A stretch of DNA of 64,000 nt from Octopus vulgaris (lineage: Eukaryota), in NCBI GenBank assembly GCA_951406725.2, contig OX597819.1:72292001-72356000 (forward strand), written 5' to 3'. Shown here one piece after another: positions 11,777 to 25,149 of this stretch. A program made the translations under genes and the position numbers. The number at the start of each line of letters is the position of its first letter. Positions within the stretch are counted from its first letter, which is position 1. The notes under the pieces are model-generated. The model saw nothing but the letters and a program-made list of their open reading frames with translations, ran no database searches and was not told the DNA's origin.

Positions 11777-11835
11777 TGTGGTGGTGGTAGTTTTTGCTGT
11801 TGTTGTTGCGGTTGTTGTAGACGCGACTTTAATGG
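11494..11835. repeat. Tandem duplication (~170 bp) containing (TAG)n/(TGG)n
   Basis: TTAATGGTATTGACTAATCCCCGCAAAACAATTGGCCTTAAG...GTAGACGCGACTTTAATGG is repeated twice. Confidence 0.9.
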
Positions 11836-12584
11836 TGGAAGCGATTGTCACAAAGAAACAACTGAACCAGCTCCAGTGCACTGAATGGAGACAGTTCTCG
11901 CCTGATGATCGCAGCGGCATGAAATCCATAACGTCAGAGTACTATACTGGGGCCATATAAACTCCAGTGTTACTTCAGTACATACCAGAAGTTATATAAC
12001 AGATAAACTGACATGAATTTCAACATTACAATATTTAGTTGATCTAAGCAAGGTATTTCATCTCCGACAACGCACAACAAGTCAAGCAGGTAGTCGTCGA
12101 TGCTATGATTAAACAAATGAGAAAAGTGACTACAAAGAAATTTATCAAATATTTACCTCAATATGCTGTGCGAGACTTCTTGAAACTGCGGTAACTTCGA
12201 AATCTTGTCAGTCGCTGGTGAACGATAAATTTGCTACTCGTTGAGCCACATAACATGTAGCAGCTGTTTACATTTTAGAATTTCTTGTAATATTATTTGC
12301 GTTGGTTGAGTTAAGTTTATTGTTTCCAAATATATTGGGAGATGCAGAAAGTTTTATTCCTGCGAATGCTTTAGTTACTCCTATTAATATTAAACCTGAG
12401 AGATTTTTTGTTGTTGTTTGCTTATGCTATTTTACTTCCAGTTCCTAAATAAGTTAGGAGGTGTGGTTAGTTTAGGAATATCTATTGTTGTGTTGTTTGT
12501 TTGTCCTCTTTTACATAGAAGCAAAAGGACTACTTCGTATATCAGCGAGAACTAATTGTCTTGAAAAGTCAGTGAAAATACCTT

Positions 12585-12940
12585 CAGAGTACTCTCCTGG
12601 GGATGGGGAATATATGTTTGAGATGCTTAAATATATGGTAGAGCCAATAGAGTATACTGCAGGAAGGATATAAGTTCAGGACGTTACAGTACGTTGTTAG
12701 AGCCTATATAATACTCTGATGGAGAGATATAAGTGCGGGACGCTTAAATAAATGGTAGAACTTATATATTGCTCTGCTGAAGGATATAACTTTAGGACGC
12801 TAAAATACATTTATAGAACCTATATTGTATTGTGTTGGTGGGATATAAGCTTGGGACGCGTAAATATATGATAAAACTTACATAATACTCTGGTGGGGGG
12901 ATTTATGCTTGGGACGCTTAAATACATGATAGAGCCTATT
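12585..12940. repeat. Diverged minisatellite, ~58-59-bp unit, ~6 copies
   Basis: GGATATAAG.TT.GGACGCTTAAATA.ATG.TAGA.CCTAT recurs at ~12667, 12726, 12783, 12841 and 12899. Confidence 0.85.
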
Positions 12941-13034
12941 GAGAAATAACAGCAAACCAAACTTAACGCCTTACGAAAAAGGATACAATGAAGAATATAA
13001 TTCGGAATAAAATACAACTGGAAACCAGATAGAA

Positions 13035-13230
13035 CTGGGTAGGGATGCATTGTGTTATTGGGCAAAACCCTTCATTTCACGTTGCTCCAGTCCCCTCAGC
13101 TGTAAAATTAGTTCCAGCAATACCTGGAAAGTTAACCCTGAGATGGACTAGCGTTCTATTCAGGGTACGTGTTGAGATCTCAGTCACCATGGGAACTGGG
13201 TTAAGCCCAAGCCTTAGGAGTCCTTGAATT
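13035..13230 (+). mobile_element. Diverged SINE with V-domain-like segment
   Basis: TGTGTT.TTGGGCAA...TTCACGTTGCTCCAGTCC.CTCAGCTGT followed by AACCCTG.GATGGACTAGCGT.C. Confidence 0.55.
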
Positions 13231-13714
13231 CATAACAGACCGAAGTTCCGAAGTTCCTGCTGTGTTTATCAAACCATTGCATTCTTTGTTATAAAGTTAC
13301 AAACTGAAAATAATACGCTCGTATTCGTCGAGGCAAGTGCTAAAATGGACTCGCTTTTGAGGCGCCCTATATCCCAGACGACCCCTATAGGAGAGTAAAT
13401 TCTATATTTCTTGACACATATATAAACCTATAAAACTATAACATATAACAGACATGAAGCAGGCCTGAGAGTAGAGAGAGAATATCATTGAAGGTAGAGG
13501 GTGGCGAATGGTAACAAAAAAACTCTGAAAAACCTTATTGACTCACCGAACAGTCATCCAATGAATTGGTTAAATACCTCAATTGACAAATAACTAACAA
13601 AAAAGTGAAATAGAACCAGTGCATGTGTTTATTGTTGACATGACGACGCTCCTGAGATACAATATAACTTTATCAAATATAAACTTTATATTTCAGAGGT
13701 CACGGCCCTGGTGC

Positions 13715-14022
13715 TACAGATATGTGACTAGAAAGTCGTAGGGAACAATCGCAATGTGGATTCTCCAAACGGAGCCAATCGACAAGAGACAGAGGGAGTA
13801 GATCAAGAACGAAAGGGTTGGATAATATCCATGGTTCCCCGTTGGTAATGTTTGGGAATCCAACAAGAAAGTGTGATGATGGTTGCTTCAAACAGGATCT
13901 TATGGATGAGGTACCTGAAGACTCTACTCCCACGACCCACCCGGCAATAGTAGACAGAGAAAATGGATGGACGGGTGGATAGATGGATGGATGGATGGAT
14001 GGATGGATGGATGGATGGATGG
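13715..14022 (+). mobile_element. RTE-clade (Rex3/Expander-like) LINE 3' end with (GGAT)n tail
   Basis: Frameshifted translation R.RTKGLDNI...[29 protein letters not shown] matches the RTE C-terminal pattern, followed by GATG repeats. Confidence 0.7.
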
Positions 14023-14509
14023 ATAGATAGATATTTATAAAATATAAAATTCCTAAAATATAATAAATGAAAATTTTTGAGGTAGTTGTTTTTACTTTAA
14101 TCTGGAGTGAATCATCGTAAGGTGTGGTTGAATATTCGTCGTTAAGTCAGTGTCAAATCACTTGACATTGAAATAAAATACTAATGTCAAATGAAGACAG
14201 GTTTAAATAATACCTTCAACAATAACATGCGCTTCATTCTTTTATTCATTGAGTCATTTCCTTATCATATAGTGTCTTCTTCTACGTTTTCTAATTTTCC
14301 CAAACATCCAAAACTCTCTCTACTGCCATTAATCTGTCTTACAGCTGCTGATTGCCTGTGAATAGTCCTTTAACTCGCATCCCACGGTTATGTGTATATG
14401 TGTGGTTACATGCATGCATATATACATAAATACGTGCACACTCATCTATAGATAGATTGATAAATAGATACATACATACATACATACAAACATACATGGA
14501 CAGGCAGAG

Positions 14510-14595
<86 letters not shown>

Positions 14596-14769
14596 AGGAA
14601 TCAATTTTTTCTAGAGCTCCAGAACTCATGAAGCTGAATACCTGGTTTCCACGGTGTGTAAGAGGAGGAGATCTCAACATTTCCGGTGAACGGGACACCA
14701 GACCGTTGCAGGCTCTAAGTCTAGCAATTCTTGAGGGAAAGAAGCAAATCAGTCTCAACGATCCCATTA

Positions 14770-14920
14770 CTTGACTGGTACTTTATTTATTTCATCTACC
14801 CCGAGGGGATAAAAGGTAAAATTGACCTCACCAGGATATTGGACTCAAAATATAAAGAATCGGAAGAACATGCCGCTAAGCATGTTATCCGAAATGCTAA
14901 CGATTCTGCCAGCTCGCCAT
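14770..14920 (-). mobile_element. SINE family B (MetaSINE-like core), diverged
   Basis: Reverse complement of the GGCGAGCTGGCAGAATCGTTAGC head and of the ...AAGTACCAGT core. Confidence 0.7.
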
Positions 14921-15509
14921 CTTCACACACACACACACACACACACACAAATTATGCTCTCATCTGATGACTACGCTCTTTTATAATGATGTAATGTTCT
15001 CATTCTTCATAAAAGTTACGTAAGAAACAGCTGTAATGAGCTGCCACCTATCCATCGTCCGTTTTTTATTCATTTGACTATAATACACCAAGGGAATTTA
15101 CGAATTGCTCGGACACCCTGGAGTATAGCAACAACGTACCCATCAAAGTAACGTGTAACATGGACAAGACCCTTCGGCGCTAAATACTCATAGAATTGGT
15201 TTTCTCTGTGTACAAAACCCAAATATCCTACCCAATATCTCGACTCCAAACAATCACTCACCATAACCACAGGCATTACTTAACTCTACCTGGTGCATAC
15301 CTTTCAAGTACCTGATTCTATCGGAATCCTCTTTTTAAAACAAGGGACAACTGATGAAGGGAGTGTTCTTTATGTTGCCTGTCTCGTTTCTCTGTTTGCT
15401 TCTTTCGTTGTTCGAAAATTCGAAAAAAATGTTTTTCTATGTTTCAGTTTTTTATGTTCTCGTTTCTCATTTTGTTCACATTTTTTGACGTCCTGTACTC
15501 ATATATGCA

Positions 15510-15557
<48 letters not shown>

Positions 15558-15565
15558 TTTTTTAA

Positions 15566-15893
15566 ACCCCCGTCGGTCACGACACTGACCATGGGATTGC
15601 ACCTAGAAAGTTACCCTCCTAGTCACAAGTCTGGGCAAGGTGGTTTATGGAAGACCAGCAGTCGCCCATGCATACCGGCCTCCCCTCTCCACGCCACCAG
15701 TGTTATCCAAGGGAAAAGCAAAGGCCGATACAACTTGGCACCCGTAACGTCGCAACTCATTTCTACAGCTGAGTGAACTGGAGCAACGTGAAATAAAGTG
15801 TCTTGCTCAAGAACACAACATGCAACCCGGACCGGGATTCGAGCTCACAACCTCACGATCGTAAGCTCGACGCTCTAACCACTGAGCCATGCG
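15566..15893 (-). mobile_element. tRNA-derived SINE, family C
   Basis: Minus strand CGCATGGCTCAGTGGTTAGAGCG...GCTCGAATCCC (A/B boxes) and CTTGAGCAAGACACTTT. Near-identical copies at 21232 and 22419. Confidence 0.9.
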
Positions 15894-16655
15894 TATATAC
15901 ATATGTATATATAGGTATGTACATATATGTATATATTATTTATATTATTATATGATCGAACGCCACGCATCCATTTCCAAGTAAGTTTTATAAATATATA
16001 TAAGGATATTGCAGTTGGCTCCTCTCGTCTGATGATTGGGGACGTAAATTCGAACAACTTGCGTGGTTCCATCTGCAATAAACATAAACAACTCCCATCC
16101 CTTGTTTCGAACCATTTGTCTATGCCTACGCACGCTTTACAGTACGCGCGCGAGCGCGAGCACTCCCGCCCGAGTATAGACTTATACATACATTGGTTTC
16201 AAATTTTGGTACAAGGCCACCAATGTAAGAGGTAAGTCGATTACATCGACCCCCAATGCTCATCTTGTACTTATTTTATCGACCCCAAAAAAATGAAAGG
16301 CATAGCCGACCTCGGCAGAATTCGAACTCAAAACGTAAAGGCAGATGAAATGCTGCTAAGCATTTTCACACCTTCACATATACATGTATTAATATTTGTT
16401 TTTATATCGTTACACACATACACACACACACGCACACATATATATTTAACATTAAAAGGACTACACAATACTCAGTGACTTCGACCCTTGTATGTATATA
16501 TATATATATAGTGGAGATCCATATGGAACATGGAATAAAGAGCGGAAGAGAACAAACAAACATGGAAATCCTCTCATCTGTTAAAGTTTCCAGAATCACC
16601 ATAGTTTCGGCTCGATTTAAGTCGAAGAAATCTATGTGTGTGTGTGTCTGTCTGT

Positions 16656-16734
<79 letters not shown>

Positions 16735-17042
16735 ACACAAATGTGGTACATAAAAATATTCGATTGGTTCAAAGTTGCTCTTTGGTTTTACAAGAAACCG
16801 CTTTATTGGTTCTGAGGTGGCGCTGCAGTCTATCTCTTTCATTTCATTCATAGGTGCTGGCGTTGCATGGTGCGAGGTAAGAAGCTTGCTTCCCAACTAC
16901 ATGGCTCTTAGTTCAATCCCACTGTATGGTATCTTGGGCAAGTGTCCGACCAAACCTTTGTCAGTGGATTTGATAAGCAGAAACTGAAAGAAGCCTGTCT
17001 ATTTATATGTATATATATATACATATAAATAACAAAGGGAAC

Positions 17043-17135
17043 CATCCTGATGAGGAGAGCGTTATGTTTTTGTATATAGAATACTTAAAACACCATTTAT
17101 ACATTTAATGTAGCCCTGAAACGGCCGTAGAGGAT
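17043..17135 (+). ncRNA. Degenerate PLE-type hammerhead motif
   Basis: catc-CTGATGA-gg...gccct-GAAAC-GGCC-GTA-gaggat. Core intact, stems I and II imperfect. Confidence 0.5.
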
Positions 17136-17595
17136 ATCCTTTAACCCCAAGTTTGTATATTTATCTTATGTAATAATATTTACCAAATCTATTTACCTCT
17201 GAATTCTTAAATTTTGAACTCTCATCCGATAACTCATATAAACATCAAATACTTAACCGATTTGAACGATTCCTTTTGGAATCCTTTACCTTGGATTTTT
17301 GTCTCTTTATTTGTCACTACTCCATTCAGTATGTGAACCCAACGTACATGATGCATAGTTTTCACATATGACTTTTAAAACATGTAATTCTACTCATTTA
17401 TTTATATAAATTTATATCTATCTTTATATCATTGTGTGCTTTAAATTATGCTTTGGAATTTGTATTGATTGCCTGGATGTGTTCCTTCTATAATTTCTCT
17501 TACCCTTTGATTTAGCTCGCAATGAGCACTTCTGAATACAGCCCTTATATTGTGAAGTGTACTTAAGAACATACTTTATAAGAAAATGTAATTGT

Positions 17596-17659
<64 letters not shown>

Positions 17660-18432
17660 TGGTATTTTCATCCAGCACAGCTTGACAGCCGGTATTCATC
17701 TGTTTACATCCTCGTAACTTAGCGGTTCGGTAATATATACCGATAGAATAAGTACCAGGCTTCAAAACAAAAGCAATAACTATTGGGGCTAATTCGTTTG
17801 ATTAAAAGTCTTCAAGTCGGTACCCCAGCATGGCCGCAGTCTAATGAAACAAGTAAAAGGTAAACGATAAAAAATTTCCTCTTAGACTATTTATATATTT
17901 CTTCTTTTCCTTCTTTCTTTTTTCTTTTCTTTCTTTCTTTCCTTCATTCTTTATTCCCTTCTATATTTTTCTTTTCTTTCTTTCATTCTTTCCTTATTTC
18001 CTTCTTTCTTTTTTCTTTTCTGTCCTTCTTTCCTTCCTTCTTTCTTTCTTTCTTTCCTTCTTTCTTTCTTCCTTTCTTTCTTTCTTTCTTTCTTGCATTA
18101 TACCTTATCGTCTGCTGCTATACCTTACCGTCTGTCATGTAATAAGGAAAGCTTTTTATTTTATTTTTTTATCAGAAATTCAAAGAGAAATTTTACCTCA
18201 AAACTGGTCTGTGCGACTTTTAGAATTCTCAGAGGCATTAAGTTGGTGTATGTGGAGACGAAAGAATTTCTTTTGGTCAGGTGACGGTGACGAGGGAGAG
18301 TGAGGCCGAAGGGGCAGACGGAGAAAAGAAAGAGGAAGAAGAGAACAGAGAAAGAATATCATTGAAAATGGAAAACAGCTTTAAGAAATCTCTCATCCCT
18401 CCGTACCACCCACCATTCTCTCCCTCTCTCTT

Positions 18433-18497
<65 letters not shown>

Positions 18498-18520
18498 ACA
18501 TGTATATATATATGTATGTG

Positions 18521-18668
18521 TGTGTGGTAAGAAGCTTGCTTCCCAGCTACATGGTTCCGGGTTCAGTCCCACTGCGTGACACCTTGACCAAGTGTTTTCT
18601 ACTATAGCATCAGGCCGACCAAAGCCCTGTGAGTGGATATGGTAGAGGGAAACTGAAAGAAGCACGTC

Positions 18669-18741
<73 letters not shown>

Positions 18742-18952
18742 TGTATGTATGTATGTATGTGTGTGTGTTTATCAGCCACCATCGCTTGAGAACCGATGTT
18801 GGCGTGTTTATGTCGCCGTAAGCTAGCGGTTCGGCCAAAACGACCGACAGAATAAGTACTGCGCTTACAAAGAACAAGTCCTGGGGTCGATTTGTTCGAC
18901 TAAAAGCGGTGCTCCAGCATGGCCACAGTCAAATGACTTAAGCAAGTAAAAC
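18521..18952 (+). mobile_element. SINE family A, slightly 5'-truncated
   Basis: Colinear with 4478-4893. Confidence 0.85.
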
Positions 18953-19016
18953 TGACGAAAGAAATGTAAAACAAACATATATATACATATATATATACAT
19001 ATATGTACACGCACAC

Positions 19017-19077
<61 letters not shown>

Positions 19078-19081
<4 letters not shown>

Positions 19082-19325
19082 AACACGGATTAGACGAAAC
19101 GGAGGCGGCTGAAGAAGGGGAATTTTCCTTGTGTTGTATGTCTTGTACCCTGTTTTTTTGTTGTTTAAAAAAATGTCCGTTTCCATGGTTCTGATTTTAT
19201 GTTTTCGTTTCTCATTGTGTTCGACGATCTTTTGGTGTCCCGTACCCATATATGCATGTATATATACATATAGATGTAGGTACGTACATATATGTATGTA
19301 TATATGCATATGTCTTATTTATTAT
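19078..19325 (+). repeat. Dispersed repeat family (same as 4085-4340)
   Basis: Direct similarity. Confidence 0.75.
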
Positions 19326-19329
19326 TTTG

Positions 19330-19378
<49 letters not shown>

Positions 19379-19425
19379 CATATATACATCTATATATATC
19401 CATATATATATGCATCTATATATAT

Positions 19426-19463
<38 letters not shown>

Positions 19464-19522
19464 CATATATAAATTTAAATTATCCTAGTATACAGTCCTG
19501 CAAATTATATTCATCTGGACGG

Positions 19523-19594
19523 TCGCACCGATGATCTACGGATATTTATGTAAGAAAAATTACGTAATATGTTAATAGTGAAACATGTATGCGA
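19523..19594 (+). ncRNA. PLE-type hammerhead motif (U4C core variant)
   Basis: TCGCA-CCGATGA-T-CTA..long hairpin..TAG-T-GAAAC-AT-GTA-TGCGA, with a 5-bp stem I and palindromic ACATGT. Confidence 0.6.
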
Positions 19595-19871
19595 ATAATC
19601 CATATTTTTATTGCTTTTTCTTTTGTCTTGCTCGATTACGTTTTGGTTGTTTTGCTAAATTTTTCTTGAGAACATTTCTTAGTGCTAAGACCATAGCGGA
19701 TCTATTTCTAGCATAAGGGTGTCCACATAGTGGTTTCCCACTAAAATGTTTATATATATACCTATGTATATATATATATGCATACATATTTATATATACA
19801 TGTATATATATGTATATATATGTATATATATATATGTATATATATAAATATATATATATATATGTATATAC

Positions 19872-19951
<80 letters not shown>

Positions 19952-20224
19952 TTTAGGCAGTGTGAGATTAATAAGCTAATAACCAGGCGTAGAACTCAAT
20001 ATACATATACTTCGGAGCGAGGCGTTAGACGAGTAAAGAACAGTAATGAGAAAATGAGCTGACAAAGGAATAATGAATTATCTTACGAACTGCATTAGTT
20101 TACAGCTGTTTCAGGTATTAAAACTCAGAGCTGATTACCAGAATAACATCCTATAACTTCATATTCGAGGCTCAGACGAAGCTGTAACGTTTCATTTTCT
20201 TAAATCTGTGTGCGTGTGCGCACG

Positions 20225-20287
<63 letters not shown>

Positions 20288-20513
20288 ACGTGTGTGTGTG
20301 CACGTGTGTGTGTGCACGTGTGTGTGTGCACGTGTGTGTGTGTGTGTGTCTGAAATATGTCACAAATTTATTTGAACTAATCGAAAAGTTTGTTTATTTC
20401 ACAAGACTGCTTCGCACGCCAACCATATATATATATATGTTTTGTATGTTTTGTTTCTCTGTTTGTTTATTTTTTGCTTGAGCCATGTACCTTCACATGA
20501 ATATATATATATA

Positions 20514-20849
20514 TATTATATTAAATTAGAGATAAAACCACTATTAGGCAAATCAAACAGTGAAAATCATAAGTCAATACATAGAAATAAAATTACTTAA
20601 AAAAATATAAAATATAAAATATAAAATTCCGAATTAAAATATTTCAATTAAAGTTAAAATTTAAAAATTATTTAAATTAATAATTTAAACTTATAAATTT
20701 TAAATATATATATATATATATATAATTTTTTTTAATTATATAACTATCAAAAAGTATTAAAAGTTTAATATAAGATAAAGAGTAAAAACTTTTAATACTT
20801 TTTGATAGTTATATAATTTTTTTTAAATTTTAAAATAAATATAAAATAA

Positions 20850-20898
<49 letters not shown>

Positions 20899-21166
20899 AA
20901 ATTTATAAGTTTAAATTATTAATTTAGATAATTTTTTTAATTTTAACTTTAATTTAAATATTTTGATTTGGAATTTTATATTTTATATTTTATATTTTTT
21001 ATATGTTTTTTATGTAATTTATTTCTATGTATTGGCTTATGATTTTCACTGTTTGATTTGCCTAATAGTGGTTTTATCTCTAATTTAATATAATATATAC
21101 TTATACTATAAAATTAGATTTAATCCTAAATCTAATTTTTCCCTGTAAGTTTGGATTTACTCCCTA

Positions 21167-21168
<2 letters not shown>
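20514..21168. mobile_element. AT-rich fold-back element related to 2474-2933 and 27011-27608
   Basis: Inverted arms of ~250 bp beginning ATTAGAGATAAAACCACTATT, with a one-sided extension ending TTTGGATTTACTCCCTAAT(TAT)n. Confidence 0.75.
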
Positions 21169-21231
<63 letters not shown>

Positions 21232-21232
<1 letters not shown>

Positions 21233-21570
21233 GGGTAAAGACCCCCGTCGGTCACGACACTGACCATGGGATTGCACCTAGAAAGTTACCATCCTAGACA
21301 CAAGTCCGGGCAAGGTTGTTTATGGAAGACCAGCAGTCGCCCATGCATACCAGCCTCCCCTCTCCACGCCACCAGTGTTATCCAAGGGAAAGACAAAGGT
21401 CGATACAGCTTGGCACCAGTGACGTCGCAACTCATTTCTACAGCTGAGTGAACTGGAGCAACGTGAAATGAAGTGCTTTGCTCAAGAACACAACACGCAG
21501 CCCGGTACGGGATTCGAGCTCACAACCTCACGATCGTAAGCTCGATGCTCTAACCACTGAGCCATGCGCC
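21232..21570 (-). mobile_element. SINE family C
   Basis: Colinear with 15566-15893. Confidence 0.9.
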
Positions 21571-21796
21571 TTATATATATATTGGTATGTAAACTGGCAA
21601 ATGTTTATGGGTAGCATACCTGGTAATCATTTTCGCTAGTTGTTTATCTTAATAACGTAATTGAAGAATTGTTTATTTCCAATGAAATAGTTGTTTAAAG
21701 TGATGAAATCGTGATATATCTGAGCAATTCAGGCTTTCCAAACAACAAACTGACAGCTCGTGTCTGACGTATGTGTGTGAGTGTGAGTATGTGTGT

Positions 21797-22397
<601 letters not shown>

Positions 22398-22418
22398 TAT
22401 ATACATATATATATATAC

Positions 22419-22755
22419 AGGGTAAAGACCCCCTTCGGTCATGAGTGACCATGGGTTTGCACCTAGAGAGTTACCCTCTGAGGCACAAGTCTGGGCAAGG
22501 TTGTTTTATGGAAGACCAGTAGTCGCCCATGCATACCGGCCTCCCCTCTCCACGCCACCAGTGTTATCCAAGGGAAAGACAAAGGTCGATACCACTTGGC
22601 ACCTGTGACGTCGCAACTCATTTCTACAGCTGAGTGAACTGGAGCAACGTGAAATAAAGTGGTTGCTCAAGAACACAACACGCAGCCCGGTCCGGGATTC
22701 GAGCTCACAACCTCACGATCGTAAGCTCGACGCTCTAACCACTGAGCCATGCGCC
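22419..22755 (-). mobile_element. SINE family C
   Basis: Colinear with 21232-21570. Confidence 0.9.
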
Positions 22756-22823
<68 letters not shown>

Positions 22824-22847
22824 CGTATGTGAGTGTGTGTGTGTGTG

Positions 22848-22900
<53 letters not shown>

Positions 22901-23104
22901 GTTATTTTTAGTACAGAGATACTTCTAAGCGGATGTTATCGTCCAAGCGTCGTCGGTTTAATCTTATATATCGATGTGAAAGTTCAAGAGTCCATTCAGT
23001 ATAGCATTCATAGTATTGGTGTTCATTGTTTAATTTTGCACCAGTTAAGTATATTACGGAGTTTATTGATAAATACATTTCGATATAAGATTATATTTCA
23101 ACAA

Positions 23105-23410
23105 CTTATTATAAGGAGAAAATGGAGAATCTTAACTGATAAAAATTCAATTTATTTACATTTTTCAAAATTCTCTGTAGCCTACAGCTGTTTCCATAGC
23201 AAACACACTCAATTACGAATTAATAAATTAGTAATTAATAATTAAAAATTAAAAATTTGCATCGTGATATAGCTGTTTTTTTTCATTTTTAATTTATTAA
23301 TTCGTAATTGAGTCTCTTAACTATGGAAACAGTTGTAGATTACAGAGAATTTTGAAAAAATGTAAATCAATTTTATCTATTAAAACTTTCCATTTACTCT
23401 ATATAATATA
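23105..23410. repeat. Old imperfect inverted repeat with HHR half-motifs (PLE-like fold-back)
   Basis: Arms ~23105-23230 / ~23285-23410, with GAAACAGCTGTA on the minus strand and GAAACAGTTGTA on the plus strand. Confidence 0.6.
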
Positions 23411-24216
23411 TATGCAGCACGGAATTTTGTTAGTGAACAGGTCGCGGTGTCAAAGCGATGAAAATATTTTGACAAATTAAATTTAAATGTTGAAGTGAAT
23501 CTAACGGTTTTGTGTATTTCTTAAATGGCTTATAAACACCTTCCACGCTGCAATTGATTTCGTTCCAGCACACGATCTATATATATACATATATATATAT
23601 ATTAAATCCAATACAAGCAAAATGGGGATTAAAACATCCAATCTTTCACTGGACCCACTGATTAATACCCAAATTAGTGGAGAAAACTTTACAATTTACA
23701 CGGGTAAAATTTATGAAAATGAAAAGAAAATGGAGATATACTATTATCAATTCAAAAATTAAATATATATATACGACGGCCTTCCACTCAGTTTCCGTCT
23801 ACAAAATTCACTCAAAAGGCATTGGTCGTCTCGGGGCTATAGTAGAACGCAGGTGCCCAAGGTGCCGCCAGCAGGTTTGAACTAAAAACCACATGGTCGC
23901 AAAGTGAGCTTCTTAGCAACTCAGCCATGCAGTCAAAAAGATATCAAAACGAGCGATTTTAATCAACTTCAGGCTAATTTTTACAGTCAGCCTTTAATGC
24001 TAATGAGGTTATGGTTTCATTGTTAATTAAGCAGACATTACTAAGATAAGGTAATTAGAGTAAGAGTATCCTGATTAGTAATTTAAGTGACGATGACTGG
24101 CGATGGACTTATGGAAATGGGTGTGGGAGGTCTTAGCAGAACCATTATCACTGCCACTGCAGTGTAGTGGGCAAGGACTGTGGTGGTGGTGGTGGTGGTG
24201 GTGGTTTTGGTGGTGG

Positions 24217-24249
<33 letters not shown>

Positions 24250-24346
24250 CAGCGACGGTTGTCGTCGTTAGACGCAAACTTTACCCCGAATTTACCACTT
24301 CATCTTTCTTACTCTTCCTGCGACTCTCTCGCACTCTCTTTCCGCT

Positions 24347-24398
<52 letters not shown>

Positions 24399-24405
24399 GC
24401 ATGCG

Positions 24406-24458
<53 letters not shown>

Positions 24459-24460
<2 letters not shown>

Positions 24461-24629
24461 CGCAGGAGTGGCTGTGTAGTAAGTAGCTTGCTAAGCAACC
24501 ACATGGTTCCGAGTTCAGTCCCATTGCGTGGCATCTTGGGCAAGTGTCTTCTGCTATAGCCCCGGGCCGACCAATGCCTTGTGAGTGGATTTGGTAGACG
24601 GAAACTGAAAGAAGCCTGTCGTATATATG

Positions 24630-24664
<35 letters not shown>

Positions 24665-24860
24665 TTGTCCCCCTAGCATTGCTTGACAACCGATGCTGGT
24701 GTGTTTACGTCCGCGTCACCTAGCGGTTCGGCAAAAGAGATCGATAGAATAAGTACTGGGCTTACAAAGAATAAGTCCTGGGGTCGATTTGCTCGACTAA
24801 AGGCGGTGCTCCAGCATGGCCGCAGTCAAATAACTGAAACAAGTAAAAGAGTAAGAGAGT
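24459..24860 (+). mobile_element. SINE family A, full length
   Basis: Nearly identical to 4478-4893 and inserted in (TA)n. Confidence 0.9.
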
Positions 24861-25033
24861 ATATATATATATATATATATATATATACGACGGTCTTCCA
24901 CTCAGTTTCCGTCTACAAAATTCACTAAGAAGGCATTGGTTGTCTCGGGGCTATAGTAGAACGCAGGTGCCCAAGGTGCCGCCAGCAGGTTTGAACTCAA
25001 AACCACATGGTCGCAAAGTGAGCTTCTTAGCCA

Positions 25034-25076
<43 letters not shown>

Positions 25077-25111
25077 CCCTGTCTTCCTCTCTCCCTCACT
25101 CTCCCACCCTC

Positions 25112-25149
<38 letters not shown>

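Noticed and set aside
11480-11960. Mucin-like poly-Thr (minus) and poly-Val (plus) ORFs
   Set aside because: Produced by (TAG)n/(TGG)n within a duplicated SINE tail. No convincing splice sites or domain.
12040-12250. LVDLSKVF or FISDNAQQ peptides suggesting LINE RT or BEL integrase
   Set aside because: Single short motifs in different frames with no supporting flanking motifs.
18281-18420. Possible acidic exon (VTVTRESEAEGADGEKKEEE)
   Set aside because: An acceptor-like site is present but there is no good donor, and the sequence is purine-rich low complexity running into (CT)n.
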